Virus record (IMG/VR): IMGVR_UViG_3300012952_000033 | Coordinates: 1-44,286 of that record | Origin: a virus | Lineage: Duplodnaviria > Caudoviricetes | Direction: 5' to 3' (one strand) | DNA length: 44,286 nucleotides | In this document: one piece after another, positions 19,998 to 29,258 of the stretch | Layout of the letters: every line of letters starts with the position of its first letter | How positions within the stretch are numbered: position 1 is the first letter of the stretch | Translations under genes and position numbers: made by a program | Notes under the pieces: generated by a model | What the model saw: only the letters and a program-made list of their open reading frames with translations | Told to the model about the DNA's origin: nothing | The model's database searches: none

Positions 19998-22900
19998 TGC
20001 CTAAATATAGAATTGATAATCAAACATATGATATACCTGATTGGGATACAGAGGCTATTCAAGAGATTGAAAGTGTATTAGGTGTTGTAAAACTTAATGA
20101 AAAAGAAGAAGAAAAAAAAATTAGTTCAGAAGTATCATGGAGCCCACTAAGCTCTATGGGTATGGGTGTTGATAGAGGATCATATAGAAATGTTGAAATA
20201 AAAAAACCAAAAGAAAAAAAGAAATCAAAGTTTAAAAAAGATGATTTTAAAGATGTTGATTTTATAAAAAATATTAGATCAGGTGATTCTCCTTTTGATA
20301 TTAATACTATACCTGAACCTAAAAAAAGTGATAAATGGAGATCTAATAATAATAAAGTTGAAGAGCTTACAAAAAATTATAAAAAACAAGAACAAAGATT
20401 AATTGCTAATTATGATATGTTTTCTTCAGAAGAAGAATTTAGACAACAAGAAAAAACATTAAAAAAAGATTATGAAGATCAATTAAAGTTTTTTGTTACT
20501 GATATTAGCGATACTGATGATGAATTGTTGACATATGAAGATGCATTAAACAATTTAATAAGAGATCCTGAAATAGTAAATGAAAACATAATACCAGAAG
20601 GTCCTTTATTTGGAGCAGCGGGACTATTTGGAGGAAGTGGAGGAAGATCAGTTGATTTTTTAAAACAAATTCCAAGAATTGTTAATTATCATTATGACCC
20701 TTATAAAAATGATCCTAGAAAAATTAGTATAGACAATGATATAAAAGCAAAAGTATTAGATATTGCTAGTGATAAAGAATTACAAAGGCTTGCTAAAAAT
20801 AGAATGAATTTAGAAGATAAAGAAAATTTATTATTTAAAGCAAGAATTGCTGTTATAAATGAAAAACAAACAGATTTTGAAAATGAAGTTACCAATATAG
20901 ATGAACAGTTAAGTGTTTTAACTCAAGGAAAAATGACAATAACAGATTCCTCTGATATTGGAAAAATTAAAAAATATAATTATTTAGTAAAAGAAAGAAA
21001 TAATATACTTTCTAATTTTCAAGAGCTTCAAGGTCAATATGGAATAGACTTAGCTACTGGTATTATTAAAAATGGTTTTAAAGGAACAGATGAACTTAAA
21101 AAGTTTAATGAAAGATATAGTAGCCCAGGGAATAGAAAAAGTCTAGCTGATGATTTAGTTAGTAGATTTAACACTGGTATTGTTAGAACTGTACTAAAAG
21201 CAAACCCGTTTACTCTTGGTGCTACGGGCGTAAGTATGTTAGGAAGTGAAATTACTAATTTAATTTCTGGTTCTAATGATTATAATGTGTATGATGAATT
21301 TACTGATGTTTTATTTGATGTTGCAGATTTTAATTATTTTGGTACTGGTAAAGCTGAAAAATTTAAATTTGACGATGCATCGAGTTATGCAAGGTTAGCT
21401 ACAGATATGTTACCTTATACTTTAGGAATTATTGTTGAAGCTAAACGCGGGAAAGTAGAAGGAATAAAAAAACTTATAGGTAATACAATTGGAGGTAAAG
21501 AAGGTAGATTAAATGGATTATCTTCTAAATTAAAAAATGAAATATTAGTTGCTGATGCTGCTTTTAAAGTAAGCATTTTAGATAATATAAATGAAGCTAA
21601 ACAGTTAGGTTTAGAAGATAATAAAGCTAAAACATATGGTTTTATTAAATCTTTAGGAACTGCAATTACTTCAGCTAAAATTGGTATTGAAGGAAAGTTT
21701 ACTTCTCCTCAATTTTCTAAAGCTAGTTTAAATAATTTTGTTACAAACTTAAAATCTGCAGCTAATGTTGCTGCTACAAAAGAAGCTGGAAAGGTATTAT
21801 TAAAAAGTTATGTAGGTGAAATACTACAAGAAGAGTCAGAGGTTGTTTTAGATTTAGCTGTTAAATCTGCTTTTGCATTATCTTTACCAGGTTATGAAAA
21901 CTCTATACAACAACAAAAAGAATTAATAGCTGGAACTTTAATGTTAACAGGTGGTTTTGGAGGAATAAGAGCTGCTCAAACTTATTCTTTTAATAAAAAA
22001 CTATTATATTATGATGTAATAAAACAAGGTTCTGATTTAATTGATTCTTATAATGTTATAATGAAACACACTAAAGATCCAAAATCATTAGAACAATTAA
22101 AAAAAGGAAGACAGTTTGCTCTTGATATAATGAGAGCTGCAAAAGTATCTCCTGAAAATGTAACAGCTGAACAATTAGAGCTTTTAGTAGAAAAACAAAA
22201 ATTAATAAAAGACAAAGAGGGTGTTGATTCTGCTTTTCATAATGAAATAAACGAAAAAATTAAAGCAATTGATGAAAAAATTTCAAAATCTAAAGTTGCT
22301 AAAACAAAAGAAGATGTTAAAAAGAAAATAGCTAAAGGAGCTAAAGATTATGCTAAGAAAATGGGATTCACAAGTTTTCAGCAATTAACTCAACAAGAAG
22401 TTGATGAACTAATTGCAAGTGATCCTACTATTGAAAAAGAGGCTGGCGAACAATATGGTTTCTTTTATAAAAATAAAAAGGGTGAGATGGTTTTAGTGGA
22501 GAATATTGATCAGTCTTCAAAAGATGGTATTATTACTACTGGCGCTCATGAAACTATACATGCTATAGTAGCTAAAACTATAGAAAATAATCCTGAAGCT
22601 GCGATTGAATTAGGTCAAGCTTTAAAAACAGAACTTGGTAAAATTGATATAAATAATATAACAAATTCTGAATTTAAACAAAGACTTAATAGTTATTTAG
22701 CTGATGATAGTATTACTGATGCACAGGCTTGGGAAGAAGCTTTAACACTATTTTCAGAAGCAGCTTTAACAGGGGATATAAAATATGATAATAGTTTAGG
22801 TGGTAGATTAAAAGATTTATATAATTCATTTTTAAAAGCTATTGGTTTTAAAGGACAGTTTGATACTGGTAGAGATGTTTATAATTTTATTAAAAAATTT

Positions 22901-25900
22901 AATAAAAGTTTATTAAAAGGGGAAGTTGATCAAGAAATTATAGATATAGCAAAAAAAGGAGCTACAGGTAAACTTATTGATAAAAGCTCTGATAAAAAAA
23001 CTAAAAAACCTAAAGATACTAAACAAAGAAAAGGTTTTAGTAAAAAGAAAATTTATGATGAACTTCAAGCAATAGATGAGTTAGAATCTAATTTTACTAT
23101 TACTCCAGATAGTAGAGCACGAAGAGAAGAGTTACAGAAGCAGTTAAAAGACGAAGAGTTACAACCAGTTTATGATGAGCTTCAAGCAATAGAAGAATAT
23201 GAATCTAATTTTAATATTACACCGGAAAGTAAAAAAAGAAGAGAAGAGTTACAAAGATTAGTAGATGATTCTAAATCAATTGTAAAATTCTCTAAAAGCC
23301 AAGTTCAAAATGTTAATAATTTAGCAAAAGAATATATAGAAAACCGTAACAACAAACAATTAGAAAAAAATTTAATTGATCAATATGAAAGTGTAGCTGT
23401 AGCTGCATTAGGTTATGATGTAAGAAGAGGTACTGTAGCTCCTGAAGAAGCATTAAGTTTTGTTAGATCTCAATTTAAAAGTATTATAGATAGGTTTGAT
23501 CCTACAAAAGCAGCATTTACTACACATGTTAATGCTAACATTGTACCTAAAAGACAGCAGTTTTATGATCAGCTTATTGGTGATGATGCTTTTACCACCA
23601 GTATAGATGCTCCTGAATCAAGACAAATAGCAGACACTACACCAGAGGTTGAAACTACAAGAGTTAAAGAAGATAAAAAACCAACAACTAATCCGTTAAA
23701 ATTATTTGGTCTTGATGAAAAAGCTAAAACTAATTTTGTAGAAAAAACAGTTAAAGAACTTAAAAAACTAAATGTTAGCGAACTTACATATAAAACATTA
23801 AGAACATTAGATGAACAAGGTATAGCTGATTTAGTAGGAATACCAGCTAAAAAAATATTTTCACCAACTGCAAACTTGTCACAACCAGAAGCTAGAAAAG
23901 CTTTAATGTTTGTAAATAAAAATGCTAAAGCAATAATTAATTTATTACCTGAAAACAATACAGAAGTAAAAGAAGTAGAAGCTAAAAATAAACCTGGTAA
24001 AAAAGTACCTATTGGTGGTTTGCCTACAGGTGTACCAAGAAATATACAAAAACTATTTTATACTAAAGGTAAAAGAATAGGTAATAACTTTCAGTTTACA
24101 AAGAAAAAAGATATTACAGTTGAATCATTTAAAAAAGCTTTAGGTATTGAAGGTAATGTTAAATCACCTACGTTTAAAGTAAGAAGTAGTACATCACAAG
24201 CTTTAAAAGGTATGTTAGAGCTTATAGGTAGAGCTGCTACAAATACAGCTGCAAGACAATATTTACAAGAAATAGGTACAGATCCTAGAATTATAGAAAA
24301 TATAGGAGAGGGTAGAAATCCTGTTATGTTTAGTAAAAGAAACCAAGATATTATATATAATGCTTTATCTGGTATGCAAGACAGCATAGGTAAAGATGCT
24401 ATTGTAGAAGCTATTGCAGAAGAAATAAAAACAAACCCTAAATTAATTAATAATACAGAATATTTAGAAGGTGTTATTAGTGTTGCGTTGGAAGATGCTG
24501 TTTTAGCTGGTAAAGAAGGTGTTAAATTTACAAAAGAAACAAACAATTTACCTTACTATAGTTTATTAAATAAAAAGAAATTACCTTTTTTGAAAAATAC
24601 TGAATCTTTAAAAACAATAGGTAAAAGAAGATTAAAACCTGAAAACACTAAAGATGTAAATGAATTTATTGGCCACGCTTTAACGTTAGCAGAGGCCATA
24701 CCTACAGAAGGAAAAATTCTTTTAGGCAAAACAAAATCTTTTATTCCAGGCGCCTTGCTTGGTTATCATACTAGAACTACAGGTGACGGAAAGCTTGGTG
24801 ACTTTTATAAAGCTTTAAGTAAAAACACCAATGCAGAATGGATATCACCTAAAACAAAAGAACTTTTAGACAAAGTTAAGACAATAATTCCAGCTAGTAG
24901 ATTTAAAAATATTCAGAAAAAAATTAGTGAAGCTAAAACCGAAAAAGAACAAATAAAAATTGCTAAACAAAACTTACCACTTTTAAGAGAACATCAAGAG
25001 TCTGCTAAAAACTTTTTTAATGCTTTTAATTCTTTACTAAAAGATTATCTTTATAGTTCAAAAAATCAAAAAGAATTGGAAAGCAGATTAGATTACATTT
25101 TAAAATTAAAAAGAGCTAATAGCGATAACGTAAAAGGTGAAAGAGATTTAGTTATTTTAGATGGTTTTTATTTAGGTGATCCTGATGGACCTATAAAGTT
25201 AGAACATGTTAAGTCTAGTAGTCAGCAATCTGTACAGTCTTTAAAGTCTATTGTTTCAGGTACATGGGACATGTCTATTGCTGATGATTTTAAGGGGATG
25301 TTGGGTTATAAAAATAAGTTTGATAAAATAGATGCTTATGGTAAAACAAACACTTCAAAATATTATAGGTTTTATGATAAAAACGAAGCATCAAAATATA
25401 TATTATCAGAGTTTGGTTTCGAAGGAACTGTTTACGATAAAAATTTAATAAGTGCAATACAAGAAGATCTTATTAAATCAGAAAAACTTGCTGCACCTTT
25501 TAATAATGAAAAACTACCTAGTGTTGTTAAGTTTAGTAAACGTCAAGACTATACTAATGATATGGTATTAGGAAGAATGGCAGAATTAGATTTAGAACAA
25601 GCTGAAGCTCAAATTAAATTTAGTAAATCTCAAAATTTAAGTGATGATTTTAATAAAATAATAGAAAACAAAACAGGTATAGGTGCAGAAAAAGTATACT
25701 CAGATGTTAAAGCACAAGTTGTTGGTGCTAGCAAAGGTAGGTTTAATTTCTTTATACCTTCTTCTGCTGAAGACTTTATGGGTTTATTATATAAAACCTT
25801 AGGTAAAGGTAAACTTGGTGATGCTCAAATGGCTTGGTATAAAAAGAATTTATTAGATCCATTTGCTAGAGCAATGGATAATATATCAAGAGATCGTATA

Positions 25901-27646
25901 GCATTACAAAACGATTTTAAAAAGCTTAAACAAGATTTAAAAATTGTACCTAAAAATTTAAGAAAAAAAATACCTGGAGAATTTTATACACAAGAACAAG
26001 CTGTAAGAGTTTATATATGGAATCAACAAGGGATGACACCAGAAGGTATGTCTCAAACAGATATAAATGAATTAGTAAGTTTTGTTGAAAGTAAACCTGA
26101 ACTTGTAACTTTTGCTAATGAGTTAATAAGATTACAAAAAGGAGATTCATATCCTGCTCCTAGATATGGTTGGCTTGCTGGTACTATTACTACAGATTTA
26201 ATGGATGGTATTAATACTATTAAAAGACCTAAGTATTTAGAACAATGGCAGTATAACGCAGATGAAATATTTAGCAATGCTAATTTAAATAAACTTGAAG
26301 CCGCTTATGGTAAAGGATATAGAGATGCATTAGAAAATATATTGAAGCGTATGCGTACTGGTAGAAACAGAGAGTTTAATTCTGATACATTAACGGGTAG
26401 AGTAACAGATTGGTTAACAAACTCTGTTGGTGCTATTATGTTTTTTAATACTAGATCTGCAGTGCTTCAAACTATATCAGCTGTTAACTTCATTAATTTT
26501 AAAGATAACAATATATTTGCTGCAGGTAAAGCGTTTGCTAACCAACCACAATTTTGGAAAGACTTTATGACTTTAATGAATAGTGATTTTTTATTAGATA
26601 GAAGAAATGGTTTAAGATTAAATGTAAATGAAAATGATATAGCTGATATGGCTAAAAAGGGTGGGGTAAGAGGTGTTATAAGTGAAATGCTTAGACTTGG
26701 TTTTTTACCTACACAAATAGCAGATAGTTTTGCAATTGCATCAGGTGGTGCTACGTTTTATAGAAATAGAATTAAGTCTTTACAAAAACAAGGTATGACT
26801 AAAGCTGAAGCTGAAAAACAAGCGTTTGTAGATTTTAGAGAAATTGCAGAAGAATCACAACAATCTAGTAGACCTGATAAAATTAGTCAACAACAAGCAA
26901 GTCCTTTAGGACGCGTTATATTGGCTTTTGCTAACACTCCTATGCAATATGCTAGATTAATTAAAAAAGCCGCTAGCGATATTAAGAATAACCGAGGAGA
27001 TACAAAGACTAATATATCTAAAATATTATATTATGGTTTTGTTCAAAACTTATTATTTAATGCTATGCAACGTGCTTTATTTGCTCTTGGTTTTGGTGAT
27101 GAAGAAGATGAAGATAAGAAAAATAAAAAATATGTTGATGTTGTAAACTCTATGGCAGATAGTATATTAAGAGGTTTAGGAATTGGTGGTGCTATATTTT
27201 CTGTATTAAAAAACGCGGCATTAGCAATAGCAGAAGAAAGTGGTAAAAAACAACCGAAATATGAAGATAAAGTAACAAAAGCATTATTACAAATATCACC
27301 TCCTTTATCTTCTAAAGTTAGTAAAGTACAATCAGCTTTTAGAACATATGATTGGAATAAAAAAGAAATAATGGAAAAAGGCTGGTCACTAGATAACCCT
27401 GCTTATTTAGCGGCTGGTCAAGTAATATCAGCAGGATTTAATATTCCTCTTGATAGAGCATTTAAAAAAATTGATAACATAAGAAAAGCTAGTAGTTCTG
27501 ATTATGAAGCTTGGGCAAGAGTAGCAATGGCTGCTGGTTGGGCTGATTGGGAATTAGGTGTTAAAAAACAAGACGCTAAACCAAAAAAGTTTTATGCTCC
27601 AAGTAGAAAAACTAGAAAGACTAGGAAAAAAAGAAAAACAAAATAA
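19997..27646 (+). CDS. Giant (2549 aa) virion ejection/polyvalent protein with a zincin metallopeptidase motif and a sigma-like segment
   Basis: HETIH at 22547-22561 plus downstream WEE, recurring xFSK motifs, FDPTKAAFTTHV segment, helical C-terminal domain typical of large phage ejection proteins. Confidence 0.75.
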   Translation: MPKYRIDNQTYDIPDWDTEAIQEIESVLGVVKLNEKEEEKKISSEVSWSPLSSMGMGVDRGSYRNVEIKKPKEKKKSKFKKDDFKDVDFIKNIRSGDSPFDINTIPEPKKSDKWRSNNNKVEELTKNYKKQEQRLIANYDMFSSEEEFRQQEKTLKKDYEDQLKFFVTDISDTDDELLTYEDALNNLIRDPEIVNENIIPEGPLFGAAGLFGGSGGRSVDFLKQIPRIVNYHYDPYKNDPRKISIDNDIKAKVLDIASDKELQRLAKNRMNLEDKENLLFKARIAVINEKQTDFENEVTNIDEQLSVLTQGKMTITDSSDIGKIKKYNYLVKERNNILSNFQELQGQYGIDLATGIIKNGFKGTDELKKFNERYSSPGNRKSLADDLVSRFNTGIVRTVLKANPFTLGATGVSMLGSEITNLISGSNDYNVYDEFTDVLFDVADFNYFGTGKAEKFKFDDASSYARLATDMLPYTLGIIVEAKRGKVEGIKKLIGNTIGGKEGRLNGLSSKLKNEILVADAAFKVSILDNINEAKQLGLEDNKAKTYGFIKSLGTAITSAKIGIEGKFTSPQFSKASLNNFVTNLKSAANVAATKEAGKVLLKSYVGEILQEESEVVLDLAVKSAFALSLPGYENSIQQQKELIAGTLMLTGGFGGIRAAQTYSFNKKLLYYDVIKQGSDLIDSYNVIMKHTKDPKSLEQLKKGRQFALDIMRAAKVSPENVTAEQLELLVEKQKLIKDKEGVDSAFHNEINEKIKAIDEKISKSKVAKTKEDVKKKIAKGAKDYAKKMGFTSFQQLTQQEVDELIASDPTIEKEAGEQYGFFYKNKKGEMVLVENIDQSSKDGIITTGAHETIHAIVAKTIENNPEAAIELGQALKTELGKIDINNITNSEFKQRLNSYLADDSITDAQAWEEALTLFSEAALTGDIKYDNSLGGRLKDLYNSFLKAIGFKGQFDTGRDVYNFIKKFNKSLLKGEVDQEIIDIAKKGATGKLIDKSSDKKTKKPKDTKQRKGFSKKKIYDELQAIDELESNFTITPDSRARREELQKQLKDEELQPVYDELQAIEEYESNFNITPESKKRREELQRLVDDSKSIVKFSKSQVQNVNNLAKEYIENRNNKQLEKNLIDQYESVAVAALGYDVRRGTVAPEEALSFVRSQFKSIIDRFDPTKAAFTTHVNANIVPKRQQFYDQLIGDDAFTTSIDAPESRQIADTTPEVETTRVKEDKKPTTNPLKLFGLDEKAKTNFVEKTVKELKKLNVSELTYKTLRTLDEQGIADLVGIPAKKIFSPTANLSQPEARKALMFVNKNAKAIINLLPENNTEVKEVEAKNKPGKKVPIGGLPTGVPRNIQKLFYTKGKRIGNNFQFTKKKDITVESFKKALGIEGNVKSPTFKVRSSTSQALKGMLELIGRAATNTAARQYLQEIGTDPRIIENIGEGRNPVMFSKRNQDIIYNALSGMQDSIGKDAIVEAIAEEIKTNPKLINNTEYLEGVISVALEDAVLAGKEGVKFTKETNNLPYYSLLNKKKLPFLKNTESLKTIGKRRLKPENTKDVNEFIGHALTLAEAIPTEGKILLGKTKSFIPGALLGYHTRTTGDGKLGDFYKALSKNTNAEWISPKTKELLDKVKTIIPASRFKNIQKKISEAKTEKEQIKIAKQNLPLLREHQESAKNFFNAFNSLLKDYLYSSKNQKELESRLDYILKLKRANSDNVKGERDLVILDGFYLGDPDGPIKLEHVKSSSQQSVQSLKSIVSGTWDMSIADDFKGMLGYKNKFDKIDAYGKTNTSKYYRFYDKNEASKYILSEFGFEGTVYDKNLISAIQEDLIKSEKLAAPFNNEKLPSVVKFSKRQDYTNDMVLGRMAELDLEQAEAQIKFSKSQNLSDDFNKIIENKTGIGAEKVYSDVKAQVVGASKGRFNFFIPSSAEDFMGLLYKTLGKGKLGDAQMAWYKKNLLDPFARAMDNISRDRIALQNDFKKLKQDLKIVPKNLRKKIPGEFYTQEQAVRVYIWNQQGMTPEGMSQTDINELVSFVESKPELVTFANELIRLQKGDSYPAPRYGWLAGTITTDLMDGINTIKRPKYLEQWQYNADEIFSNANLNKLEAAYGKGYRDALENILKRMRTGRNREFNSDTLTGRVTDWLTNSVGAIMFFNTRSAVLQTISAVNFINFKDNNIFAAGKAFANQPQFWKDFMTLMNSDFLLDRRNGLRLNVNENDIADMAKKGGVRGVISEMLRLGFLPTQIADSFAIASGGATFYRNRIKSLQKQGMTKAEAEKQAFVDFREIAEESQQSSRPDKISQQQASPLGRVILAFANTPMQYARLIKKAASDIKNNRGDTKTNISKILYYGFVQNLLFNAMQRALFALGFGDEEDEDKKNKKYVDVVNSMADSILRGLGIGGAIFSVLKNAALAIAEESGKKQPKYEDKVTKALLQISPPLSSKVSKVQSAFRTYDWNKKEIMEKGWSLDNPAYLAAGQVISAGFNIPLDRAFKKIDNIRKASSSDYEAWARVAMAAGWADWELGVKKQDAKPKKFYAPSRKTRKTRKKRKTK
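23051..23270 (+). repeat. Tandem 117-bp (39-aa) imperfect duplication in the giant gene
   Basis: YDELQAIDELESNFTITPDSRARREELQ and YDELQAIEEYESNFNITPESKKRREELQ; the two TAT codons are at 23054 and 23171. Confidence 0.9.
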
Positions 27647-28072
27647 ATGGTAAAAAACGGAAGACAAAAAGAAATAAGACATTACGTAGGCGCAATAGGT
27701 ATATTTATACTTGTTGTAGGTATATTAACATTTTTATCTTTTCATGAAATACCAACAGTTAATAAAGATATAATCGTATCTATAATAGGTATGATAGTGG
27801 GTAGTTTATCAGTGGTGATAATGACTGTTATTGGTAGAAATCCAGATGAAGTTAACGAACTAAAAAAATCTAATGAAGGTTTAACCTCTAAAGTAGAACA
27901 TTTAGTACAACAAAAAGATGAACTAGAAAAAATGTTAATTACAGTTCAAACTAATATAATAGATCAATTAACACTTCTTGGTGCAAATGCTTTTGATACA
28001 GTATATAATAAAGAAAAAAAATGTACTTGTGGAAAAAATGAATGCAAGGAAGTAAAATGTGAAGGTGAATAA
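27647..28072 (+). CDS. Membrane protein, two TM helices plus coiled coil (holin- or spanin-like)
   Basis: VGAIGIFILVVGILTFLSF and IIVSIIGMIVGSLSVVIMTVIG, followed by a heptad coil, near the endolysin gene. Confidence 0.55.
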   Translation: MVKNGRQKEIRHYVGAIGIFILVVGILTFLSFHEIPTVNKDIIVSIIGMIVGSLSVVIMTVIGRNPDEVNELKKSNEGLTSKVEHLVQQKDELEKMLITVQTNIIDQLTLLGANAFDTVYNKEKKCTCGKNECKEVKCEGE

Positions 28073-28073
28073 T

Positions 28074-28355
28074 ATGAAAAGTCCATTAAAATTAACAGAT
28101 GCTGCGTATGAAAAATCAAATAGAGAAATGCGTAGCGAATATAAAAGTGAAACAGGTAAAGATCTTGGTAATAGATTAACTAGTGGCACTAATAAACGTA
28201 GAGTTTCTTTTGCTTGTAGATTTGCTGGCATGGCTGGTGCAATGAAAGATGCTAAAGGTAAACCTACTAGAAAAGCAAGAGCCCTTAAAAAATGGGGTTT
28301 CGGTAGTGTTGAGGCTGCAAGAAATTTTTGTCAAAAACATAAAGAAAAAAAATAA
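28074..28355 (+). CDS. Small basic phage protein
   Basis: MKSPLKL... start, RRVSFACRFAGM...RKARALKKWG motif. ATG at 28074 is preferred over the track's 28059. Confidence 0.7.
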   Translation: MKSPLKLTDAAYEKSNREMRSEYKSETGKDLGNRLTSGTNKRRVSFACRFAGMAGAMKDAKGKPTRKARALKKWGFGSVEAARNFCQKHKEKK

Positions 28356-28357
28356 TC

Positions 28358-28504
28358 ATGGGATACTCACAAAGCAAATCTCCTTTTACAAAGAAAAAAA
28401 CATCTTGTTGGGAAGGATATAGTAATATAGTTAATGGTAAACCTACTTTTAAAAAGAAAGGTAAAAGAATGGTACCAGATTGTAAACCTATAAATAAAAA
28501 ATGA
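28358..28504 (+). CDS. 48-aa basic Cys-pair protein (not in ORF track)
   Basis: MGYSQSKSPFTKKKTSCWEGYSNIVNGKPTFKKKGKRMVPDCKPINKK, with the CWxGY...KKG...VPxC phage motif. Fills the gap exactly and its stop overlaps the next ATG (ATGA). Confidence 0.75.
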   Translation: MGYSQSKSPFTKKKTSCWEGYSNIVNGKPTFKKKGKRMVPDCKPINKK

Positions 28505-28854
28505 GACACTTTACTATTACCGAATTTGATTCACCTGATGAGGTAGGTAGTGGTAGATTGATGAATGTAGATTTTTTAGAAAAACTAGATTTAGCTAGAT
28601 CTAAATTTGATAAACCTATTAAAATAAATAGTGGTATGCGCACATCAGCTCATAATGCTAAAGTAGGCGGTAAACCTAATTCATCTCATTTAACAGGCTA
28701 TGCAGCTGATCTGCATTGTAATAATTCAAGGGATAGATACGATCTAATTAATTGTTTATTAGACGTAGGATTTAATCGTATAGGAGTAGGTAATACTTTT
28801 ATTCATGTAGATTCTGATCCTTCTAAATCACAAGATGTAATATGGACATATTAA
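28501..28854 (+). CDS. Peptidase M15-family endolysin
   Basis: INSGMR...HN..VGG..NSSHLTGYAAD...FIHVD zinc-binding motifs. Confidence 0.88.
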   Translation: MRHFTITEFDSPDEVGSGRLMNVDFLEKLDLARSKFDKPIKINSGMRTSAHNAKVGGKPNSSHLTGYAADLHCNNSRDRYDLINCLLDVGFNRIGVGNTFIHVDSDPSKSQDVIWTY

Positions 28855-28865
28855 AAATTATTTTT

Positions 28866-28925
28866 ATGATAAGATATATAGTTATAATAATATTATCAAC
28901 GATTATTTCGTTTTTTATAAATTAA
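28866..28925 (+). CDS. Possible 19-aa hydrophobic peptide (MIRYIVIIILSTIISFFIN)
   Basis: Manual translation directly after the endolysin gene; would be a single TM helix. Confidence 0.35.
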   Translation: MIRYIVIIILSTIISFFIN

Positions 28926-28968
28926 GGAACACGATAAAATGGGCTTCCACACCCCAAAGTTCCTGTAC

Positions 28969-29000
28969 AAAGGGAGATCATTACGGTCTCCCTTTTTATT
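28969..29000. terminator. Intrinsic terminator between the convergent late and replication modules
   Basis: AAAGGGAGATC-ATTAC-GGTCTCCCTTTTTATT. Confidence 0.85.
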
Positions 29001-29258
29001 TTAATCATCTATATATCTGCATACTGTAACATCAAATTTATCATATGCAATTATTTCTCCTTTTAATTTATTTAAACAATAATTTTCTCCATCTTTTCGT
29101 TTTTCAATTGCAACTCTTGTTGTCCAACTTATAGTTCCTGAATCATATATATATTCACAACATAAAAACTTATCAGCTGGTAAGTAATTCCAACTTAAAT
29201 CACCTTGATAATATTCACCACAAGATGTTAATAATAATGCTCCTATTAACCATCGCAT
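29001..29258 (-). CDS. Cys-rich lipoprotein
   Basis: MRWLIGALLLTSC lipobox; start at ATG 29258, overlapping the end of nrdA. Confidence 0.7.
   Translation of the reverse strand: MRWLIGALLLTSCGEYYQGDLSWNYLPADKFLCCEYIYDSGTISWTTRVAIEKRKDGENYCLNKLKGEIIAYDKFDVTVCRYIDD

Noticed and set aside
23569-24546. Antisense ORFs (129 and 151 aa) within the giant gene
   Set aside because: Composition (F/L/S/I-rich) mirrors the K/E-rich sense codons, typical of shadows. The same applies to 763-1023, 1339-1575, 4769-5059, 13751-14068, 35332-35616 and 37517-37819.
19997-27646. Virion RNA polymerase as in crAss-like phages
   Set aside because: I could not find a DxDxD/DFDxD catalytic motif in a plausible context. 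Not excluded without a structure search.
28285-28509. 74-aa - strand ORF
   Set aside because: Antisense to the better-supported 48-aa + strand gene at 28358-28504.
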